Positions 54,983 through 64,000 of a stretch of 64,000 nt of DNA are shown piece after piece. The DNA comes from Octopus vulgaris (Eukaryota). The notes beneath the pieces were generated by a model that saw nothing but the letters and a program-made list of their open reading frames with translations, ran no database searches and had not been told where the DNA came from. Position numbers and translations under genes: made by a program. Where the stretch lies: assembly GCA_951406725.2 (NCBI GenBank), contig OX597839.1, positions 17,732,001 to 17,796,000 on the forward strand. The letters are read 5' to 3'. Positions within the stretch are counted from its first letter, which is position 1. Every line of letters begins with the position of its first letter.

Positions 54983-57339
54983 CAACAACAGCAACAGCAG
55001 CAGCAGCAGCAGCAATAATAATAAGTTGTTACGTTTGTACTAGTAGGAGGGCAGCCAATCAAATCAATGCCAGTACTTTTTCAACTGTTGTTTTGCTCTT
55101 ATCTAAAACATTTTCTTCGCTGCAGTTAGCTTTATCTTATTTCTAGAAATGAATTCAGTTTTTAACATTAGTCTGACTTTTCTGCAATTTTTTAACTTTC
55201 ACTTTCGTTTCTCTATGTTGTTTCTTTATCAGTTTTATCACTCCTAAGTATTTGATTGTGTAGTTCTCTTCTGATTCTCTGATTCCAGTGACTAAATCTA
55301 ATTTTATATTTTCAGTGTTAGTTTATTTGTCTCTTATTTTAAAAACTTTTACAAATTTTGCTTCATCTATACTTATTTCAAAGTGGCAAACTGACAGAAT
55401 TGTTAGTGCATGGGACAAAATGCTTAGCAGCATCTCTTCAAGCTCTTTGCATTCCGAGTTCAAATTCTACTGAGATCAACTTCACCTTTCATCGTTTCGG
55501 AGCTAGTAAAATAAAGTGCTGGTCAAGTACTTCAGTCAATGTAACAGACTTTAGGATTTGTTATATTTAAAATTTACTCAATTCACCAGTAACTGCAATT
55601 TATAATCATGCACCTCTGTCTAGCATTATTTCTGTTTCTCTGGTCCAAGATTATTGCTTTCCAGGTGAGAATACAGTAGTTGTAAGGGCTTTTACATATA
55701 TATATATACGTAAACAAAGTCAAATGCGATACAATAAAATTAATTATTATCGCCGGTGTTCTAGCACACGCCATATATTATTCATATATAAGTACATTAA
55801 AAGGCGAAGTGTGTACTAGATACACAAAAGCTGGATATATATATATATATATATATATATATCCAGAGACCTGTATTTTGAGAGCCTCAGAGGATTTTGA
55901 TGTTTTTATGGGGTGGGATGGGTTGGTGGGGAAACCTGCAATCTTTTCCCCTCATAACTAATCAAGTATTGATCCTGGTCTTTTAACTAATTCTATGAAT
56001 GCTGTTTCCTTGGATTCATGAGTATTTGTTAAGTATTTCTGCCAGATATTAGGAACGTTGTCAATCTTAAAGCTTTCCAATTGCTGATAGATTTTATTGT
56101 TTTGCAAACTAATCCTAGTTAGTTATAATGGGTGAGTTATATTTGCAGTATTTTTTTCTTTCTTATCAGATTTTCCCCCCTTTCTAATCCCCATGATTAG
56201 AAGGTGGTGAGCTGGTAGAATCATTAGCATGTCAGACAAAATACTTTGCAGCACTTCTTCTAGCTCTTTATATTCTCTTTAAAGTTATCCCCTTTGCTTG
56301 AGAGTTTTAGATTTTAACATGTTAACCACATGTACCACCAGTGGATCACCGTAAACTTCACACAGTCACCATATGCACCACTACTAGTATATTTTCATAA
56401 TCTGAGAAAATATTCTATTCTGTATCTTTGACATGGTTTCATCATCACCATCATCATCATTTAATGTCTGTTTTCTCTAATGGCATGGATTGGATTGCTT
56501 GACAGGAACTGGTAAGGTCAGAGGCTGCACAAGGTTCTATTGTCTGGTTTAGCTTGGTTTCTATGACTGGATGCCCTTCCTAATGCAAACCTCTCCACAG
56601 AGTGTACAGGATACTTTTTTATGTGACACCAGTACCAGTATTTTTTTTACATGGCACCAGCAACCACACCAACACTTTTACATGGTACTATGGTTTTAGG
56701 ATCTCAATTCTGTTGTGGTGGGCAGGTCTAAGGTTATTTAGATAACATGAGTGCTAAATATTAAAGTTTAATTATGGAATATTGTAAAAATGCAAAAAAA
56801 AAAAATCATATTTCCTCTTAATTAAACTGTAGCAGAGTGACTGGATATATGCAGAGTGACTGGATATATGCAGTGCTACTGCTAAGTTTCAGTTAATGTG
56901 ATAATTACCCCAAGAAGGACATTTTTTTCCAATTGCTAGAATAATCTCAGTGAGACAGAATTTTTCAATTCCTGTGTGTGTGCATATGGATGTTTGTGTG
57001 TTTGAATCTCCTTGTCTTCGCATTGTGATAATTGTAAAATGAGCAACTTTGTCCTGCATGCAGCGTCCTTTGCTTCCAATCTTCAGTGAAAAACATGTCC
57101 ACCCACGGGAAATATTACCTTACTTGGAAACAAGTAAGGGTTAGTGACAGGAAGGGCATCATAATTTAAGGCTTTAGAAAGCCCAGACAAATGTCTGAGT
57201 GTCTTGGAAAAAACGTTATTCATTATTTTGTTCTACACAGCTATGATTAATAAAATGAAGTAATATGATTGATTAAACATAGAAAGTACTTTTCCATTTT
57301 TTTCTAAATTCTTTTTAAAATTTTAAAACATAGTATTAA

Positions 57340-58495
57340 TTCAGAGCAGACCTAGAGCTAAACAATAGCAACAACAACATATACACCCCAACCTAGTTGC
57401 ACAATTTGCTAGAAAAAGCAACCAAACCTCCTTCAAATCACACCCTACATCTTAGAAATTGGGAGGACAGACTGGAAATTTAGTTTTGGCCACATTTCAT
57501 CTTAGTCCTGTTCAGTGATGGATATCCTAAGGCTAAATAATATGTACAATAACAGAAAGTACAAGCCAATGAGGTAGCTTCAACATTGTCAACCAGTTTG
57601 TTAACAATAGCAGCTAAACCTCTTTTAAATCACACCCTACCTCTTAGAAGATGGAAGACAAACTGGAAGTCTAGTTTTGACAATGTTTCATCGTAGCCCT
57701 GCTCAATGTAGGATATCTTAGGACTAAACATGTACAGTAATAACAATAATGAGTACAAGCCACTTAGGCAGCTTCTACATTATCATCCAGTTTACTAGAA
57801 ATAGCTGCCAAACTTCCTTCACTTCACACCCTACCTCTTAAAAATGGAAGGAATAGATTGGTTGATGTGGTCAGGGAAATCTAGTGTTTACCACGTTTCT
57901 GCATAGTCCTACTCAATGAAGGACATCCTAGGGCTAAACAACATCATATACAACAGTAACAACAAGTATGAGCCAATTAGACAGCTTCTACATTGTCATC
58001 CAATCTGCTAGAAATAGCAGTCAAACTTTCTTTACTTCACATCCTGCCTCCTAAAAATGGGAAGAACAGACTGGTTGATGTTGTTTGGGAAATCTAGGGT
58101 TAACAACGTTGCATCATAGTCCTGCTCAACACTAAACAACAACATGAACAACCCAATGAGTTAGCTTCTACATCAGGCATAGCAACCTTCTTTGAGAAGT
58201 GGGCCACATGGGACATGATTCATCATAAGACAGACCCCACTACATAAAAAATTTAAGGTAATTTTTTGTTATGCATACCATTCAGAAAGTCCCACATGCC
58301 ACAGTTTTCCGATGAATTTTCAACTTTGTTGCCTAGTTTCCTAGAAACAGCATCCAAACCTCCATTAAATCACACCCTACCCCTTAAAAATGGGAGGACA
58401 GACTGGATGATGTAGTCAGGGAAATCTAGTCATGACCATCTTTCTTCATACTCCTGCTCATTGAAGGGCATCCTAGGGCTAAACAACAACAACAA
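57340..58495. repeat. Degenerate ~190-210-bp tandem repeat (about 5 units)
   Basis: CTAGAAATAGCAGCCAAAC..CTTCAAATCACACCCTACCTCTTAAAAATGGGAGGACAGACTGG recurs at ~57408, 57600, 57795, 58007 and 58341. Confidence 0.8.
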
Positions 58496-58641
58496 TTGCT
58501 GCAGCAGCGGCAGTAGCAGCAGCAATGCTGTACATAGAATTTTTGAATTGCTTTTTAAGTTTCACCATATTTGATCATTATTTTATTTGATGTCATGCAA
58601 CGAGGAACAAGACATGGTTCTTTGACACCAGGAATACTTAC

Positions 58642-58716
58642 TTTGGCAATATGATCAAAGCCAGCCGACATTGTGGTGAAAAATGTTAATACTTTGGTAT
58701 TTTGTAGTTCAACGTA
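58642..58716 (-). CDS. Candidate 75-bp symmetric coding exon (YVELQNTKVLTFFTTMSAGFDHIAK), gene unidentified
   Basis: Minus-strand acceptor TCTTGCATCTCTTCACAG and donor AAA|GTAAGTAT. Only one frame is open. Length is a multiple of 3. Confidence 0.45.
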
Positions 58717-58892
58717 CTGTGAAGAGATGCAAGACATTTAAGAAATTTACAAACAGATTTGATAAGTTTCACTTCACTTGCTAACTTTACTCCTGTATAT
58801 TATATATGTCTGTGTATGTGTGTGCTTATGTGTGCTTATTAGTGCATTTCTGAATGTGTGTGTGTGTGTGGGTGAGTATATGTGCTTGTGTG

Positions 58893-59098
58893 TTAGTGCA
58901 TGTGTGAGTGAGTGTGTGTTTGTGGGTTAGTGTGTGTGAGTGAGTGTGTGTTTGTGGGTTAGTGTGTGTGAGTGAGTGTGTGTTTGTGGGTTAGTGTGTG
59001 TGAGTGAGTGTGTGTTTGTAGGTTAGTGTGTGTGAGTGAGTGTGTGTTTGTAGGTTAGTGTGTGTGAGTGAGTGTGTTTGTGGGTTAGTGTGTGTGAG
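58893..59098. repeat. 32-bp minisatellite (TGTGGGTTAGTGTGTGTGAGTGAGTGTGTGTT)n
   Basis: About 6 units seen directly. Confidence 0.9.
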
Positions 59099-59639
59099 CA
59101 GGAGGGTGTATGTGTGGGGGTTAGTGTGTGTGTGAGCGATTGAGTGGGTTAGTGAGTGAGCGTCTGTATATGTCTGTGTGTGTTTGTGTATATGTGTATG
59201 TGAATGACTGACTATGTTTGTAATAGAGTGGGTGTATATTTGTCTTAATGTGTGTCTGTTAGTGTGTATGGGCTCATATGTGTGTATGAGCGTAAGTATG
59301 TATTAGTGTTTGCATGTTTGCGTGTGTGTGTGTGTGTGTGTGGTGATGTGTCAAGGGAAGAAAAATTTATATCTAAAAATCGATCTGTAGAAATTTAGGT
59401 ATTCTCTCTGTTGGTACATGGCAGCAAATTGGTTAGCGTAATTAGAGCATTAGATCAAATACCTCATAGTACTTGGGTCCGTCCTTCTGGGCTCTAAGTT
59501 CAAATCCTGCCACAGTTGCTTTTACCTTTCATTCTTGAAAAAGGCAGTGTGTTGGCAGAATTATTATCATATCAGACAAAATGCTTGATAGTATTTCTTC
59601 TGATGGAGTACTCCTATATATGTATATGTATGTATATAC

Positions 59640-59702
<63 letters not shown>

Positions 59703-59832
59703 TGTTGAAATGGAAAGATGAATTATCTTTGAAACATGTGTAGAATGTAATAAAAGGAATTCTGTGCAATCTTCGTTCAACTCCATTTCTTCCATTCACT
59801 AATTATATATATATATATATATTCATTCATAC

Positions 59833-60011
59833 ATACAGAGTTCACCAAAACAGGTATACACACTTCAAGAAAGGAAAAATCTGTATAGATATTTTAATTT
59901 AGTGTTATTGCAATTTGATAAAACATTGAAAGAGGTATCTATATTTATTGAAGTTCTTATCCAGATTTTTCCTTTCCTAAAGTGTGTATACATTTTGTGA
60001 GGGACTCTGTA
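59833..60011. mobile_element. Tc1-like MITE
   Basis: TACAGAGTTCACCAAAACAGGTATACACACTT..AAAGGAAAAATCTG is inverted at CAGATTTTTCCTTTCCTAAAGTGTGTATACATTTTGTGAGGGACTCTGTA. Confidence 0.7.
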
Positions 60012-60026
60012 TGTATATATAATAAT

Positions 60027-60072
<46 letters not shown>

Positions 60073-60214
60073 GGGAGTATAACTCCAAACTTACAGGGAA
60101 AAATTCAATTTAGTATTAAATCAAATTTCACAATATAAATATATAAAATTTAAATTAGAGATAAAACTACTATTATGCAATTCAAACAATGACAGACATA
60201 AACCAAAACATAAA

Positions 60215-60712
60215 TCTCTTATTATAAAAGGCAGATTTTATCTGCCTCCCTTTGGGAGTTATACAAATCTACAATATAGGATTTCTTCAATTACAATTTA
60301 CCTAGCAGTTTTAAGAGTACAATGCATCGCGTCATGCCAGCTCCAGTTTTTTTAAATTTAAACTCCAATTAAGCAAAATTTACAGAAAACTCACATTCTG
60401 GTGTGTGTGTCAAATGCTTTTCTTAGTCTGGTTTACACCACACGCAAACGCACACACACAGTGGGCAAGGAATAAAATGAAAGTAATTCACTTACTGTAG
60501 TGAGTGATTCTTTCACTCTGCCTCCCACTTCTTCTTTCCACACATAGACACGCAAATATATAAATAAAATTGTAAGCTAACGTGCGTGTGTGTGAGTGGG
60601 TGTGTGTGGATGTGCGCGTGTGTGTGTGTGTGAGGGTGTGTGTGTGTGTGCGTGTGCGTGAGTGTGTGACACGAAAGTTTTTTACGACGAATATAACACC
60701 TATATCCAAGTA
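60215..60712 (+). mobile_element. Non-autonomous Helitron-like element, family H1 (second copy 62667-~62940)
   Basis: A|TCTCTTATTATAAAAGGCAG 5' end is typical of Helitrons. About 270 bp is nearly identical to 62667-62937. The 3' end is not evident. Confidence 0.65.
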
Positions 60713-60718
60713 GCAGAA

Positions 60719-61405
60719 AGATAAGACAGTAAGGTGTGATTTGAGGGAGATTTGGCTGCTATTTCTACCATGTCTAGCTGCCATGTAGGGGTCTCCCTCA
60801 TAGGCTCATACATACATATATACATAGATAAGACAGTAAGGTGTGATTTGGGGGAAATTTGGCTGCTATTTCTACCAGGTCTAGCTGCCATGTAGGGGTC
60901 TCCCTCATAGGCTCATACATACATATATACATAGATAAGACAGTAAGGTGTGATTTGGGGGAAATTTGGCTGCTATTTCTACCAGGTCTAGCTGCCATGT
61001 AGAGGCCCCCTCATTGGCTCATATATATATACATACATAAGACAGTAAGGTGTGATTTGAGGAGATTTGGCTGCTATTTCTACCATGTCTAGCTGCCATG
61101 TAGGGGTCTCCCTCATAGGCTCATACATACATATATACATAGATAAGACAGTAAGGTGTGATTTGGGGGAAATTTGGCTGCTATTTCTACCAGGTCTAGC
61201 TGCCATGTAGGGGTCTCCCTCATAGGCTCATACATACATATATACATAGATAAGACAGTAAGGTGTGATTTGGGGGAAATTTGGCTGCTATTTCTACCAG
61301 GTCTAGCTGCCATGTAGAGGCCCCCTCATTGGCTCATATATATATATACATACATAAGACAGTAAGGTGTGATTTGAGGGAGATTTGGCTGCTGTTTCTA
61401 CCAGG
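60719..61405. repeat. ~107-bp tandem repeat (about 6.5 units) with a 315-bp three-unit higher-order period
   Basis: Units begin ATAAGACAGTAAGGTGTGATTTG. A variant unit (AGAGGCCCCCTCATTGG) recurs at ~61001 and ~61316. Confidence 0.93.
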
Positions 61406-61771
61406 TATGTTAGGCCTTCTCATGTAAACTCAAGCTTTCTCATGCCTTGAACATAAGACCAAAGCAGAGACTGTATTCTTTTATTCTTCTGCTTTTTCCA
61501 GCCATTGGTCTGTGGCCATGCTGGGGTAATGCCTTGAAGAATTGTACTTTAATGAATCAACTCCAGTTTTATTTTTGTAAGCATTGTACTTATTCTATCT
61601 GTTTCCTTTGTCAAACCACTAGGTGACAGGGATGTAAACAAACCAACATTCGTTGTCAAGCAGTGGTGGAGGACAATCACAAGCACAGACACGCACACAC
61701 ACACACATACATGCATACACATATACACACATACATACATACATACATATATATATATGTGTGTATATATA

Positions 61772-62097
61772 TATTGCAGTGTGGAAGGTGTTTGTAAGCC
61801 ATTTAAGAAACACACAAAAACCGTTAGATTCACTTCAACATTTAAATTTAATTTGCCAAAATATTTTCGTCGCTTTGAGACCGCGACCTGTTCACTGACA
61901 AAAATATCGTGCTAACAGGTCGCGGTCTCAAAGCGACGAAAATATTTTGACAAATTAAATCTAAATGTTGAAGTGAATCTAACGGTTTTTGTGTGTTTCT
62001 TAAATGGCTTATAAACACCTTCAATGCTGCAACTGTTTTCGTTCCAGCACACGATCTCAGATCAAGTCACTTGCTATGCAAGTACATCTCTGTAACT
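61772..62097. mobile_element. Fold-back element in (TA)n, second copy of 25049-25364
   Basis: Arms ~61773-61892 / 61914-62032. Confidence 0.9.
61852..61902 (-). ncRNA. Minimal hammerhead ribozyme with G3-C8 swapped core (copy 2)
   Basis: Minus strand: TTTGTCA-GTGAACA-G-GTCGC(ggtctcaaa)GCGAC-GAA-AATATT-T-TGGCAAA. Confidence 0.6.
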
Positions 62098-62198
62098 ATA
62101 TATATATTTATATATATATATATATATATGTATATTGGTAAAAACAGTAAGATAACAAAAGAAAGAAAGAGACCTCAATATTATGTAAATAGAGGAAA

Positions 62199-62592
62199 TC
62201 TTTATATATAAAAGTGAGGTTGTGTGTCTGTCTCCTACGATTTAGATTCCTAACTACTCCCACATTTTGCGGTGCAGTTTAACCAAAACCGGGTATCTTA
62301 TAGTCGTGATTCATATCGAGACCGTCTGGGTATTAGCGCGCGTCTACGATGAGTCTACGATTTAAAAAAATTTTACCATCAATTTTTCCCATTTTTAATC
62401 CATTTTTGACATATATAAGGGAAGTAACTCTCTAAAATTTCTTATTAAATCTCAGAACGTAAAAAGCTACAGTAACACCCCTCCCCCTTTGTGGTTAGCC
62501 ATATTGAGATGGCTATTATACTTTACATCTCTAAAAATGCTTATATAATTATTTCCCTTACAAACCCGAGCAACGCCGGGCGATACTGCTAG
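62199..62592 (+). mobile_element. Complete non-autonomous Helitron, family H2
   Basis: A|TC 5' end, subterminal hairpin CCCGAGCAACGCCGGG (62565-62580), CTAG|T 3' end, no TSD. Confidence 0.9.
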
Positions 62593-63428
62593 TGTATGTA
62601 TATATGTATGTATGTATATATGTATGTATGTATATATGTATGTATGTATATATATATATATATGTATCTCTTATTATAAAAGGCAGATTTTATCTGCCTC
62701 CCTTTGGGAGTTATACAAATCTACAATATAGGATTTCTTCAATTACAATTTACCTAGCATTTTTGAGAGTACAATGCATCGCGTCATGCCAGGTCCAGTT
62801 TTTTAAATTTAAACTCCAATTAAGCAAAATTTACAGAAAACTCACATTCTGGTGTGTGTGTCAAATGCTTTTCTTAGTCTGGTTTACAGCACACGCAAAC
62901 GCACACACACAGTGGGCAACGAATAAAATGAAAGTAAATAGCGACAGAGTGATTTGAGGAAGACTAAAGTGAAAGTATTCTGTCTATGACGCTGATAGAT
63001 ACATGAGTAAAATGTATGGGGAGCTAAGAGTGAGTGAAAATGTTCTTGGAAGAGAGTAATTAGTAATAAAGTAAACATACACTCATACATACATACATAC
63101 ATACATACATACATACATACATACATACATACACACATACACACACACATACATACACACACACATACATACATACACACATACATACATACATACATAT
63201 ACATACATATACATACATACATACACACACACACATACACACACACACAGTATTGAAGCTTGAGAACAATCAGATACATTTGCAACACATCTGTTGAAAA
63301 TATTATTGTTCACACACACATATACATATATACATACAGACAGACAGACAGATAGACACACACACACACACACACATGATCCAGCATGGCCACAACCTCA
63401 AGGCTGAAACATATAAAAGAATAACAGA

Positions 63429-63790
63429 ATATAAATGTGTGCAAAGTACAAGAAATATTAATGCAGTATATGGGGATTGGACAATAAGCGTAAGGCAGTG
63501 TCAATGGTGGTTCCAGAAATCCCGAGCCATAAACTACAGCCTAGAAGACGAGCCTCATCCTGAAAGATCTGTAGAACTCGACAAGGACATCCTGAAAACC
63601 CTGGTGGAACAAAATCTCATCGTAACTGTTGAGGAACTAGCAGAGAAGCTTGGATTTGGTCATTCAACCATTCATTGAGACCTGTGTGCTATCGGAAAAG
63701 TCAGCAAATTGGGTCAATGGGTTCCTCACGAACTTTCCGAGTCTAATTGCATGCAGAGAGTGAATGTATGCTTTTCTTTGCTGTCATATC
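63429..63790 (+). pseudogene. Mariner transposase N-terminal (HTH) fragment
   Basis: RNINAVYGDWTISVRQCQWWFQK...SLEDEPHPER...TVEELAEKLGFGHSTIH*DLCAIGKVSKLGQWVPHELS (WVPHEL motif), with an in-frame stop. Confidence 0.9.
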
Positions 63791-63813
63791 TCACCACTAC
63801 TGCGCTATGTATA

Positions 63814-64000
63814 TCTATATATATAAAACTGTAGTTGTGTGAGTGTCTGTCCCCTTCGATTTAGATTCCTAACTACTCCCACATTTTGCGGTACAGTTTA
63901 ACCAAATTCGGGTAGCTTATAGTCATGATTCATATCGAGCCCATCTGAATATTAGCGCGCGTCTACGATGAGTCTACGATTTTAAAAATAATTTAACATC
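63814..64000 (+). mobile_element. Helitron family H2 copy, cut by the window end
   Basis: A|TCTATATATATAAAA start. Sequence matches 62199-62375. Confidence 0.85.

Noticed and set aside
58893-59160. Interstitial telomeric repeat (GGGTTAG)
   Set aside because: Only one GGGTTAG per 32-bp unit within a (TG)-derived minisatellite. It is not (TTAGGG)n.
60719-61405. CRISPR-like regular array or repeated ORF MAARPGRNSSQ
   Set aside because: No unique spacers, no cas genes, eukaryotic context. It is a plain tandem repeat.

Overview
AT-rich, gene-poor eukaryotic DNA saturated with (TA)n, (CA)n, (TTA)n and (CAT)n microsatellites and tRNA-derived SINEs. The repeat landscape resembles coleoid cephalopod (Octopus-like) genomes; this is inferred from recalled repeat families, not from a search. 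Almost all ORFs in the track are microsatellite or SINE artefacts. Protein-coding remnants I can support are all transposon-derived: a degraded Helitron Rep/PIF1 helicase (3.4-5.3 kb), a probable Penelope-like remnant with long inverted ends (5.3-7.4 kb), a Tx1/L1-type and a CR1-type LINE 3' end, two R4/Dong-like RLE LINE fragments next to (TAA)n, two mariner transposase fragments, and several MITEs and non-autonomous Helitrons. Two small candidate host exons lie on opposite strands (23347-23440 +, 58642-58716 -). The most interesting signal is a set of minimal type-I hammerhead-ribozyme motifs with short, mostly palindromic stem III, all on the minus strand. One family has two copies with the C3-G8 core pair swapped to G3-C8, each inside a fold-back element inserted in (TA)n. 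Several other unrelated fold-back hairpins are also present.
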